Shown piece by piece: positions 49,831 through 59,082 of a stretch of DNA of 64,000 bases. The translations under genes and the position numbers were made by a program. This stretch comes from an uncultured delta proteobacterium (GTDB taxonomy: Bacteria; Myxococcota_A; Polyangia; Polyangiales; B10-G4). The notes under the pieces were generated by a model, which was given only the letters and a program-made list of their open reading frames with translations, did no database searches and was not told where the DNA came from. Numbering within the stretch: position 1 is the stretch's first letter; the number at the start of each line of letters is the position of its first letter. The DNA lies in assembly GCA_963727445.1 (NCBI GenBank), contig CAVSGI010000010.1, positions 1,344,001 to 1,408,000 on the forward strand. Direction: 5' to 3'.

Positions 49831-52194
49831 TCAAGCCGCTGGCAGAGGCATCTCCGTTTCGTGGGAGGCAGCCGCGCTGTCGAGCGGCTCGAGGGCAGCG
49901 TCGAGCACCTGGTGCATGTCTTCGACGAAGACGACCTCGAGCTCGTCGCGCACCGACTCCGGCACCTCGTCCAGATCCGCCTCGTTCTTCTTCGGCAGGA
50001 TCACCCGCGAGAAGCCGGCGCGATGGGCGGCCAGCACCTTCGACTTGATGCCGCCCACGGGCAGGACGCGGCCGCGAAGGGTCGCCTCACCGGTCATCGC
50101 CGTGTCCGGCCGCACGCGCCTGCCGGTGAGCAGTGAGGTGAGCGCGGTGAACATGGTGACGCCGGCGCTCGGGCCGTCCTTGGGCACCGCGCCCGCGGGG
50201 ACGTGGACGTGCAGATCGCTCCCGTCGAGGAAGCTGGCGTCGACGTCGAAGCGAGAGGCGTTACTGCGCACGTAGGCCAGGGCGGCGCGGACCGACTCGT
50301 TCATCACGTCACCGAGCTGGCCGGTGATCTCGAGCTTGCCCCTGCCCGGCATGCGGGTGGTTTCGATGTAGAGGATGTCGCCGCCGACCGGCGTCCAGGC
50401 GAGGCCGGCCGCCACGCCGGGGGCGCTCACGCGCTCGGCGAGGGTGTCCGAGAACCGCGCGCGACCGAGGACCGAGCGCAGGTCGTCGATGGTGATCATC
50501 ACCCGCACTTCGGTGTCGGCGTCGTCGCGCCGGGCCACTTCCAGAGCGGCGTGGCGACAGAGCTTGGCGAGCTGCTGCTCGAGCTTCCGCACGCCCGCCT
50601 CGCGGGTGTACTCGCGGATGGTGGCGACGAGGGCCTCGTCACTGACGCGGAGCTGATCCTCGGTCAGGCCGTGGCGCTTCATCTGCTTGGGGAGCAGGTG
50701 GTCCCGCGCGATCAGCCGCTTCTCCTCGGTGGTATAGCCGGTGACCTCGATGATCTCCATGCGATCGCGAAGCGGCGGCGCGATGGTGGCCAGGTCGTTC
50801 GCGGTAGCGATGAAGAGCACCTCGGAGAGATCGAAGGGGAGCTCGAGGTAGTGATCGGTGAAGGTCGCGTTCTGCTCGGGGTCGAGCACCTCGAGGAGGG
50901 CGGCTTCGGGGTCGCCGCTGTAGCCGCGGGCGAGCTTGTCGATCTCGTCCAGCACCATGACCGGGTTCTTCACCTTCGCCTTGCGGAGCGCGGCGATGAT
51001 GCGGCCGGGAAGCGCGCCGACGTAGGTGCGGCGATGACCGCGGACCTCGGCCTCGTCACGCACGCCGCCGAGGCTCACCCGCGCCAGGGGGCGTCCGGTG
51101 GCTCTCGCGACCGACTGCGCCAGCGAGGTCTTGCCGACGCCGGGCGGTCCGACGAGGCACAGGATCGTGCCGCGCGCCTCGGGGCTGAGCTTGAGCACCG
51201 CCATGTGCTCGAGGATCCGGCGCTTGGCTTCTTCGAGACCGTGATGGTCGTCGTCCAGCGCCTGGCTCACCGCTCCGATGTCCTGACCCACCTCGGCGCG
51301 CTCGTTCCAGGGGAGGTCGGCGACGGTCTCGAGATGCGTGCGGATCACGTTGGCCTCGGCCATCTGACTCGACATGCCTTCGAGGCGGCCCAGCTCGCGG
51401 TCGACGAGCTTTCGCGCATCCTCGTCGAGCTCGAGCGCTTCGAGGCGCTCGCGCAGGCTCGCCAGCTCGTCTTCCTTGCCCTCGCCGAGCTCGCGCTGAA
51501 TGGCGCGGAGCTGCTTGCGGAGCATCGCTTCGCGCTGTTCACGAGTGAGCTCGCTGCGGACCTCGGAGTCGATGCGCGAGCGGAGCTCGGCGCGCGTGAT
51601 CGCGACCTTGAGCATCGTCGCGACGAGCCTGAGGCGCGCCTGCACGTCGAGGTTCTGCAGAACCTGAACCTTCTCCTCGGCGGGTACGTCGAGCCAGGTC
51701 GTGACACGGTCGGCGAAGAGTCCCGGAGCGTCGTCGTCCGAGAGCACTTCACGCAGGCCGCGATCGTCGCTGGCCAGCTCGCCCAGGTGGTCGCGAAGCG
51801 CTTCACGCAGCGCCTCTGCTTCCTCGGTGTCGTCGCCGGTCTCGAGCGCCGGCTGAACCTCGACCTTCCAGAAGGGCTCGTCTTCGAGGATCTGGCGGAT
51901 CTCGACGCGCTCGACCGCCTCGACCAGGAGCAGCATTCCGCGCTCCCCCCGATCGGTCTTGTCCTTGACGATCGCGAGGGTCGCGACGGGGTGAAGGTCG
52001 TGGGTCTTGGGGTTTTCGACCTGCAGCTTCTTCTGCACCCCGACCACCACGAAGCTCCCCGACTCGACGGCGCCGACCAGCGCTCGCGAGCGCGTACGTC
52101 CCACCGGGATGGTGGTCACCCGCCCGGGCAGCACCACCCCACTCCGCAACGGGAGCAGGGGAAGGGTCATCTCGAAGACGCTGTCTGACTTCAT
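49831..52194 (-). CDS. lon: ATP-dependent Lon protease (LonA type)
   Basis: LPLLPLR N-domain; GPPGVGKTS; RGHRRTYVGALPG; DEIDK; PKDGPSAG catalytic Ser; PVGGIKSK; GGGAG RBS before ATG 52194. Confidence 0.97.
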   Translation of the reverse strand: MKSDSVFEMTLPLLPLRSGVVLPGRVTTIPVGRTRSRALVGAVESGSFVVVGVQKKLQVENPKTHDLHPVATLAIVKDKTDRGERGMLLLVEAVERVEIRQILEDEPFWKVEVQPALETGDDTEEAEALREALRDHLGELASDDRGLREVLSDDDAPGLFADRVTTWLDVPAEEKVQVLQNLDVQARLRLVATMLKVAITRAELRSRIDSEVRSELTREQREAMLRKQLRAIQRELGEGKEDELASLRERLEALELDEDARKLVDRELGRLEGMSSQMAEANVIRTHLETVADLPWNERAEVGQDIGAVSQALDDDHHGLEEAKRRILEHMAVLKLSPEARGTILCLVGPPGVGKTSLAQSVARATGRPLARVSLGGVRDEAEVRGHRRTYVGALPGRIIAALRKAKVKNPVMVLDEIDKLARGYSGDPEAALLEVLDPEQNATFTDHYLELPFDLSEVLFIATANDLATIAPPLRDRMEIIEVTGYTTEEKRLIARDHLLPKQMKRHGLTEDQLRVSDEALVATIREYTREAGVRKLEQQLAKLCRHAALEVARRDDADTEVRVMITIDDLRSVLGRARFSDTLAERVSAPGVAAGLAWTPVGGDILYIETTRMPGRGKLEITGQLGDVMNESVRAALAYVRSNASRFDVDASFLDGSDLHVHVPAGAVPKDGPSAGVTMFTALTSLLTGRRVRPDTAMTGEATLRGRVLPVGGIKSKVLAAHRAGFSRVILPKKNEADLDEVPESVRDELEVVFVEDMHQVLDAALEPLDSAAASHETEMPLPAA

Positions 52195-52230
52195 CGCTTT
52201 GGTCTCCCAGGCCCTCGGGCCCAATCGCTG

Positions 52231-52261
52231 TTGAACGTAAATCTGTTCAAACAAGCGTCAA
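52231..52261 (-). promoter_or_regulatory. Putative sigma70-type lon promoter overlapped by palindrome TTGAAC-N8-GTTCAA
   Basis: Minus strand TTGACG (52261-52256), 16-nt spacer, TACGTT (52239-52234); palindrome at 52231-52250. Confidence 0.5.
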
Positions 52262-52426
52262 CGTTGGCCGGCGACCGATCGCGAGCCAAGGCCTGGAAAT
52301 CACATAGCTACCCGCCTAGTAATCGTTGTAACGATTTTTCTGGGGCCACAGACGCGGTCCAGATGCGCAATTCGCTTTAAGGTTCGTTAAGTACCTGTAA
52401 TCAAAGGGACCTCGCATTTTCGAGGT

Positions 52427-54319
52427 ATGGAAAAGCACCTCCCCCTCCCGCTGCTGCCTCTCCTCCTCCTCGGGCTCTGTGGCTGCGCCGATCCGGGCAT
52501 CGACCTCCTGGTCGAGCTCCGCACGGATCTCGAGCCAGGGGTCGATTTCACGTCGATCCGCACGATCCTCGACGACGGCCCGACACAGGAGCGAGCGGTG
52601 TTCATCGGCGAAGACTGGATGACCGCCAACCGCATCGCCGAGTTTCCCAGCCTGCTCCCTGGGGCGCGAGAGGTCCGCGTGGTGCTCCTCGATGACGCGG
52701 GCGCGGTCGTCGTCGATCGCCCCACCACCTTCGTCCAGGACGACGACTACGGCCTGAGGGTCACGATCACGCGTGACTGCGTCGGCGTGGTCTGTCCCGG
52801 GCCGACCGACGCGCGCGACCTCGGTGCGTGTCACGGCGGCGCCTGTGTGTCGACGGACTGCATCCAGACCGGCGACGGATTCTGTCCGGACGCCCAATGC
52901 GCGACCGACGCCGATTGCGGCGCCGATGCTGCCAGCTGCACGAACGTCCGCTGTGTCGAGGGGTTGTGCATGGAGGGGCCCAGCCTCGACTGCGACGAGC
53001 CCCCGCTGGTGATCCCCCCGAGCGGTTGGGTGGGCGAGGAAGCGCCGAACACCACGGTGCTCCCCGTGGTGGATCCACCGGGAACGTGCCTCTCCCAGTT
53101 CCGCGTCCCCTTCGAGAGGGTGCTGGGGCTTCGGACCCTGGCGGACGGAACGCTCATCGTTCACGGCACCTTCCTCGACACGATCACCCTGGGGGACACC
53201 ACCCACACGACCGGCGGCGACTCGTACGCGAATGGCATCGTCGCCGGCTTCGATCCGAGCGGCACTCCGCTGTGGTCGATATCAATCGCCTCGGAGCAGC
53301 ACAACGAGATCGCGGATGTCGCAGAGATCGACGGCGTCCTGTATGTCGCTGGGTACTTCAAAGGCACAGCGAGCCTCGGTCGCTTCGCGATGACCTCGAC
53401 GGCGGACTCCGAGGATGGCTTCATCGCTCGAATCGACACGACCCACGTCGTGGGCGCCGTCCGTACCTTCGGAGGCGACTTCACCGACCGCGCGACCAGC
53501 ATCGCGGCACACGCCGGCAACCTCTTCGTGGGCGGATACTTCCAGGGGCCGGCGGACTTCCTGGGTACGACGCACACCAGCGCAGGCATCGACGGCTTCG
53601 TGCTGCGGGTGCGGAGCAGCGATCTGGCGCGCGTGACCTCCTGGACCTATGGCAGCTCGGCGGATGATCGCGGCTTCGCCATCGACGCAAGCGATGGTTC
53701 GGTCTTCGTCGGCGGCATGTTCCGCGGCGAGCTGCGTTTCGGTGACGACATCCTCTTCACCTCCGAGCTCGACGGCTTCGTGGCGATGTCGGATCTCGGT
53801 GGCGCTTTCTCATGGGGCAGCGCCTTCACCTTTCGCGGAATGGACTACCTCGACGGCGTCATGGCCGACGGCGACTACGTCGTGGCCGGAGGAACGTTCG
53901 CCAACATCCTGGATGAGGGAATGAGCGTCGTCCGGGTTTACCGGCGCAACGGCAGCATGGTCTGGGAGCAGACCATCGGCGACCGCTACATGGCCAACCA
54001 GGGCGCCAACCCCATCCTCGACGATGGCGTCGCCTACATGGCCAGTGTGGTCACGTTTCCCGTCGACGTCGCCGGAGTGACCATCGGCGAGGGTGGTGGC
54101 CCACGGAATCTGCTGGTCACCGCCCAGGATGTCGAGACCGGCGAACTGCTGTGGCACCAGGTCGGCTTCAGCGAGGACGACGTCTTCTCCCCCACCATGA
54201 CCTTCGGCCAAGACGGAGACCTGTGGATGAGCGGCCTCAACCAGGGCGAGCTTCACTGCAGCGATAGCGTGTCCAGTGTGGAAGACGGCGACGTCGCCAT
54301 CATCCACATGCGTCGCTGA
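52427..54319 (+). CDS. Lipoprotein with Cys-rich linker and beta-propeller domain
   Basis: Lipobox LCGC; CATDADC; blades LYVAGYF, LFVGGYF, VFVGGMF and DGF(I/V)xR. Confidence 0.8.
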   Translation: MEKHLPLPLLPLLLLGLCGCADPGIDLLVELRTDLEPGVDFTSIRTILDDGPTQERAVFIGEDWMTANRIAEFPSLLPGAREVRVVLLDDAGAVVVDRPTTFVQDDDYGLRVTITRDCVGVVCPGPTDARDLGACHGGACVSTDCIQTGDGFCPDAQCATDADCGADAASCTNVRCVEGLCMEGPSLDCDEPPLVIPPSGWVGEEAPNTTVLPVVDPPGTCLSQFRVPFERVLGLRTLADGTLIVHGTFLDTITLGDTTHTTGGDSYANGIVAGFDPSGTPLWSISIASEQHNEIADVAEIDGVLYVAGYFKGTASLGRFAMTSTADSEDGFIARIDTTHVVGAVRTFGGDFTDRATSIAAHAGNLFVGGYFQGPADFLGTTHTSAGIDGFVLRVRSSDLARVTSWTYGSSADDRGFAIDASDGSVFVGGMFRGELRFGDDILFTSELDGFVAMSDLGGAFSWGSAFTFRGMDYLDGVMADGDYVVAGGTFANILDEGMSVVRVYRRNGSMVWEQTIGDRYMANQGANPILDDGVAYMASVVTFPVDVAGVTIGEGGGPRNLLVTAQDVETGELLWHQVGFSEDDVFSPTMTFGQDGDLWMSGLNQGELHCSDSVSSVEDGDVAIIHMRR

Positions 54320-54323
54320 TCGC

Positions 54324-56390
54324 TCACTCGCAGGCGCCGGCGTTGCACGTGCCGGCGCCGCAGTCGATCCCGCAGCCGCCGCAGTTCAGGGGATCGCTCT
54401 CGGTGTTCGCTTCGCAGCCCGTGCTGGGGTTCGAATCGCAGTCGGCCCGGCCGGGCTCGCATGCGTCGATGCGGCAATCCCCGCGCGTGCAACCCACGGT
54501 CGTCACCCCGGAAAGCGCCGTGCAGTCCGTACCACAGTCTCCGCAGTTCGCGGCGTCCCCGGTGACGTCGACCTCGCAGCCGTTGGAGGCGGAGCCGTCG
54601 CAGTTGGCGAAGCCAGGGTCGCAGACCGCGATGACGCACACGCCGCTCGAACAGAAGCCCTCCGCGTCGGACGGGTTGCAAACCTGATTACAGTCACCGC
54701 AGTGCTCGAGGCTGTTGATGCTCGCCTCGCATCCATCGGCTGGGTTGTCGTTGCAGTCGCGGCGGCCAGGATCACAGGTGAAGCCGCACGCGCCCGCAGC
54801 GCAGGTCCGGCTCGCGCCGGGCGGTTCGGGGCAGGTCGTGGCGCAACCCCCGCAATGAAGCGGATCGCTGGTGGTGTCGGTGCACGAGCTGCCGCAGGTC
54901 GTTCCCGCGCCGCAGGTCGAGGCGCACTCGAACCCGCCCTCGGCGTGCGGCGAGCAGAGCGGCGTCGGATCGTCGCAGCGGATGCCGCAAGAGCCGCACG
55001 TCTCGGCCTCGGCGAGGCTCACCTCGCAGCCGTCCTCGATGTCGCCGTTGCAGTTGGCGAAGCCCGAGTCACAGCGAAGGACGCAGCGACCGTCGACGCA
55101 GGCAGCGGCCGCGCTCCGTGGGTCCGAAGGGCAGGCGTTGCCACAGCTGCCGCAGTTGTCGACGTCGTCGGCGAGGTCGACCTCGCAGCCATCCACCACC
55201 GTGGCGTTGCAGTCGGCGCTCGAGCCCACGCAGCCCACGATCTCGCAAGTCCCCGCTGCGCACGACGCGACGGCATCGGTGGGTGCGCAGCTCACCCCGC
55301 AGGCGCCGCAGTTCCCGATCTCCTCGAGCGCGGACTCGCAACCGTTGTCGTCCAGTCCGTCACAGTTGCGGAAGCCCGAGTCGCAGGCGAAGCCGCAGCT
55401 GCCTCCGGTGCAGATGGCGCGGGCTCGGGGCGGCGCGCTACAGCCGTTGTCGCATCGGCCGCAGTGCACGGGTGAGGTGGCCAGGTCCACGCAGCTCTGG
55501 GTGCAGTCGGTCGCCGGCGCATCGCAGGTCGCGGTGCAGGCGAAGCCGCTCCCGTCGGGGTTGGCGCAGAACGAATCAGGCGCCGTGCAGGTGGTGCCAC
55601 ACGCGCCGCAGCTCGCGGGCGCCGAGAGGCTCGTCTCGCAGCCGTCGCTCACATCGCTGTTGCAGTCGGCCCACCCGCTGTCGCAGACGAGAGTGCAGCT
55701 GCCCACGCTGCACACGCCCGATCCGTGTGGCGGATTCGTGTCACAAACGGTGCCGCAGCTGCCGCAGTTGTTCGGATCGGTGTTGAGATCGAAGGGCTCG
55801 TCGACCGCGTCGTCGCAGTCGTCGTCCATCCCGTTGCAGATCTCTCCCTTGGGGACGCAGCCGTCCGTGCCCCCATCGGTCCCACCGTCGGGGCCTCCGC
55901 CGCCTCCGTCGATCCGGTCGGGCCGACCCGTCCACTCCTCGTACTCCGACTCTTCGACCAGCGCGCTCCGGCACATGTCTTCCTGCGCCCGGCGGGGATC
56001 GCAGGTCTCTCCCAGGTCGCAGCCGACGCCGACACAGTCGCGCCCGAGGACGATGCGAAGCAGCCTCACCTGGTCTTCCGCGAACGCCGCGCGTGCGCGG
56101 TATTGAATCACGTCCGTCCCGTCGAGACTCCCGGTCACGGTGATGTCGATCGGCGTCAGCGCTCCGCCCCGCCACACGACGCCCAGGGTCGCGGGGAGCG
56201 CCATCTCGCCGTCGAGGGACCCCATCGCGCGACGAAGCTCGCCCTGGGGACCGGTGATGTCGATGGTCAGCCCGTCGAGCTCGGCGGGCACGTTCAGGTC
56301 GGTATCCACCGACACCATGAGCTGGGTCAGATCGGCGGTCCGACAGCTCGAGGCGCAGAGAAGCGCGAGCGCGAAGAGGAGCCTCTTCAT
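54324..56390 (-). CDS. Large Cys-rich lipoprotein (MopE-like plus many STIG1-like/DGCE repeats)
   Basis: MKRLLFALALLCASSC; TQLMVSVDTD; CNGMDDDCD; repeated CDxGxxxC..DGCE..NCGxCG; ATGA overlap. Confidence 0.85.
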   Translation of the reverse strand: MKRLLFALALLCASSCRTADLTQLMVSVDTDLNVPAELDGLTIDITGPQGELRRAMGSLDGEMALPATLGVVWRGGALTPIDITVTGSLDGTDVIQYRARAAFAEDQVRLLRIVLGRDCVGVGCDLGETCDPRRAQEDMCRSALVEESEYEEWTGRPDRIDGGGGGPDGGTDGGTDGCVPKGEICNGMDDDCDDAVDEPFDLNTDPNNCGSCGTVCDTNPPHGSGVCSVGSCTLVCDSGWADCNSDVSDGCETSLSAPASCGACGTTCTAPDSFCANPDGSGFACTATCDAPATDCTQSCVDLATSPVHCGRCDNGCSAPPRARAICTGGSCGFACDSGFRNCDGLDDNGCESALEEIGNCGACGVSCAPTDAVASCAAGTCEIVGCVGSSADCNATVVDGCEVDLADDVDNCGSCGNACPSDPRSAAAACVDGRCVLRCDSGFANCNGDIEDGCEVSLAEAETCGSCGIRCDDPTPLCSPHAEGGFECASTCGAGTTCGSSCTDTTSDPLHCGGCATTCPEPPGASRTCAAGACGFTCDPGRRDCNDNPADGCEASINSLEHCGDCNQVCNPSDAEGFCSSGVCVIAVCDPGFANCDGSASNGCEVDVTGDAANCGDCGTDCTALSGVTTVGCTRGDCRIDACEPGRADCDSNPSTGCEANTESDPLNCGGCGIDCGAGTCNAGACE

Positions 56391-57337
56391 CGGCCCAGCT
56401 CGACGATGGAAGGCTCGAGCGTACCGGCGATGCCTTGCGCAGGCTGGCTCACCGCGATGAACGCCACGACCGAGGCGACCACCACGGCAACCACCACGCC
56501 TGCGCCCACGCCGGTCCAGAACCACGGGTTTTCCCAGACGGTTCCGCTCTCCTCGGCCATGCGCTGTCGGTCGCGTCGCTCGCGCTGCTGGCGCTCGTTC
56601 TGTCGTCGCGCGACCTCGGCAGGATCGGGCGCCACCGTCTCCGGCTCCTCGGTGGGGACCGCTTCCGGCAGCTCCTCGAGGAGGGTGCCGCCGGGGACGA
56701 AGCCCGCGCCCGTCGTCGTGGGCGTGGGTTCCGGTTCGGGCTCGGGCTCGGGCGGCGGCGGGATCTCGAGGGCCAGGACCGCGGAACGCCCCTCGCTCAC
56801 CTCGGCAACGCCCTGCGCCACGATCTGATCGTCGCGCCGGATCACCACCGTGCGCGCGCCGGGATCGACAGGCACGGCCACACCGACCGCGGCGCTCGGG
56901 AGCGCGCGCTGGTCGAGGGTGATCGAGACGCCGGTGGGATCGCCGGTGAGCTCGATCGTCAGCTGCCCCACCTTCGGCTCGGCCTCGTGCATGAGCTGCT
57001 CCGCGGCCTCACGCGCACGGGGCGGCGCCTCTTCGTTCCGAAGCACGCGCTGCAGGTGCTCGACCGCTTCGACGTAGCGCTCGAGGCGGACGAGCGCAGA
57101 CGCGAGGTTGTAGTGCACCACGGGCGACTCACGAAGCTCGAGCGAGCGTTCGAAGTGAGCGGCGGCGGTCGCGAACTGCTCCTCGGCCATCAGCTCCACG
57201 CCCTGCGCGAAGAGGGATCTCGCCATCGCGGTCCGCTGAACCTCCGCTTCCTGTGTCTCGTCTTCCTGGGCTCGGACGCTCGTAGGCGCGACGAGACAAA
57301 GGGAAACGATTCCCGCGATGAGAGCCCCTGACCTCAC
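56387..57337 (-). CDS. TPR-PEGA exported protein
   Basis: Signal peptide; ARSLFAQG..YNLA TPR; VSITLDQ..VPVDPG PEGA-like; VWENPWFW followed by hydrophobic helix. Confidence 0.82.
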   Translation of the reverse strand: MRSGALIAGIVSLCLVAPTSVRAQEDETQEAEVQRTAMARSLFAQGVELMAEEQFATAAAHFERSLELRESPVVHYNLASALVRLERYVEAVEHLQRVLRNEEAPPRAREAAEQLMHEAEPKVGQLTIELTGDPTGVSITLDQRALPSAAVGVAVPVDPGARTVVIRRDDQIVAQGVAEVSEGRSAVLALEIPPPPEPEPEPEPTPTTTGAGFVPGGTLLEELPEAVPTEEPETVAPDPAEVARRQNERQQRERRDRQRMAEESGTVWENPWFWTGVGAGVVVAVVVASVVAFIAVSQPAQGIAGTLEPSIVELGR

Positions 57338-57369
57338 GGTGGCCTGGGAGTATAGTCGAAGCCTCGGTC

Positions 57370-59028
57370 ATGCGGCCCACCCTCGACATGACAGGCGCCA
57401 TCATCGATGGGCGCTATCTCCTCAAGGATCTCATCGGCGAAGGCGGAATGGGCGGGGTTTTTCGTGCCACCGACCAGACGCTCCAGCGCGACGTGGCGGT
57501 GAAGCTCCTCTTTTCGGGGGACGAGCGCGATCGCGAGCAGCGAGTGGACCGCTTCCTCCGCGAGGCGCGGATCGCGGCCGCGGTGCAGCACAAGAACATC
57601 GTCAACATCATCGACTTCGGGAGCACGGACGACGGTCGCCCGTACATGGTGATGGAGTACCTGGAGGGGGAGACCCTCGCCGAGCGCCTCGCCCGCTCGC
57701 CGGCGCCCAGCATCGAAGAGGTGTCGCAGATCATCGCGCAGACGCTCGGCGGGCTCGCGCGCGCACACGATGCCGGCGTGGTCCACCGCGACATGAAGCC
57801 GGAGAACATCTTCCTGGTGAAGGACGCCGACGGCGCCTACCCGAAGATCCTCGACTTCGGCATCTCGCGGAGTGTCGTGCCGGAGTCGGGGCCCAGCTCC
57901 GCGCTCACGACGCGCGAGGGCTTTCTGGTCGGGACGCCCCAGTACATGAGCCCGGAGCAAGCGCGAGGGCTGAAGGACGTCGACCGCGCCACCGACATCT
58001 ACAGCATGGGGGTCATCCTCTACGAGTCGCTCACCGGCAAGCTGCCCTTCGTGTCGGAGCACGTGGGCGATCTGATCATCCTCATCGCCGCGGGAAACAC
58101 CCACACCGTCTCCGAGGTGCGGCCGGAGCTCGGCGAGCCGCTGTCGGAGGTCGTCCGCAAGTCGATGAGGGTGGAGCGCGAGGATCGTTACGAGGACGCG
58201 CGCGCGATGCGCGACGGGATCACCGACGCCCTCGAGCGGATGGAAGAGGACGTCCGCGCCCTCCCCTGCCCCTCCCGCGCACGTCGCTCTCTCATGCCTC
58301 AGAAAGCGACAGCGGACACGGTGGAGGCACGAGGCGCCGGGCGGCTCTCCGAGGAGGAGCGAAAGAGCGCGGGGCACGCGAAGACCCTGCCGGCCACGCC
58401 TTCCAACCCCGAGATCGGCGCGCCGGAGATCCCGCGCAGCAGCACGCCCTCGATCGAGACGCCCAACGCCTGGTCGGTCAACGAAAAGCGTCCGAGCGGC
58501 GGGACCAGCCGCTGGGTGGTGGTGGCGTTGCTCGGTCTGATCCTCGCCACGGGTGCGTGGGTCTTGACGGAGCGCGGCGAGGGCCCCGCGGCGGCGGGAT
58601 CGATCTCCGCGGACGGCCCCGAAGAAGCACCGCCCGAAGCGCCGACGCCCGAAGCACCGCCAGAAACGCCACCGGTCGAGCCACCCGAAGAGGTGGAGCC
58701 CGCAGAGGTCACAATCTCCCTCGAAGGCGTCCCCGACGACGCGACGATCACCGTCGACGGTGAGGAGACCGAAGGCCTCTTCCACACCTTCGAGGCCGAC
58801 GGGCGCGAGCACGTCTTCGGCGTCGTAGCGGAGGGCTTCGAACCCTTCGAAGCGCGGCGCACCGCAGACGCCGACGCCTCGATCGCCGTCGCGCTGGTCC
58901 CCGTCCCGGAGCCGTCGCAGCCCGCCGTCTCACGACCCGCGATGATGTCGACCCGCATGATGGCGCGGGCGATGATGTCGTCGTCGGGCATGCGGCCGCC
59001 CGACGTGTTGAACGAGCTGGACTACTGA
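57370..59028 (+). CDS. Membrane Ser/Thr protein kinase with PEGA-like domain
   Basis: IGEGGMGGVF, VAVK, HRDMKPEN, DFG, GTPQYMSPEQ; TM; VPDDATITVDG. Confidence 0.92.
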   Translation: MRPTLDMTGAIIDGRYLLKDLIGEGGMGGVFRATDQTLQRDVAVKLLFSGDERDREQRVDRFLREARIAAAVQHKNIVNIIDFGSTDDGRPYMVMEYLEGETLAERLARSPAPSIEEVSQIIAQTLGGLARAHDAGVVHRDMKPENIFLVKDADGAYPKILDFGISRSVVPESGPSSALTTREGFLVGTPQYMSPEQARGLKDVDRATDIYSMGVILYESLTGKLPFVSEHVGDLIILIAAGNTHTVSEVRPELGEPLSEVVRKSMRVEREDRYEDARAMRDGITDALERMEEDVRALPCPSRARRSLMPQKATADTVEARGAGRLSEEERKSAGHAKTLPATPSNPEIGAPEIPRSSTPSIETPNAWSVNEKRPSGGTSRWVVVALLGLILATGAWVLTERGEGPAAAGSISADGPEEAPPEAPTPEAPPETPPVEPPEEVEPAEVTISLEGVPDDATITVDGEETEGLFHTFEADGREHVFGVVAEGFEPFEARRTADADASIAVALVPVPEPSQPAVSRPAMMSTRMMARAMMSSSGMRPPDVLNELDY

Positions 59029-59082
59029 CGGCGCACGTCACGGTTGCGGCTCCCCACGCTGCACAGGCATGCTCGCTCCGCG

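Noticed and set aside
54324..56390. Cys-rich lipoproteins as further cytochromes or Fe-S proteins
   Set aside because: Their CxxC motifs lack the following His, and they are exported disulfide-type repeats
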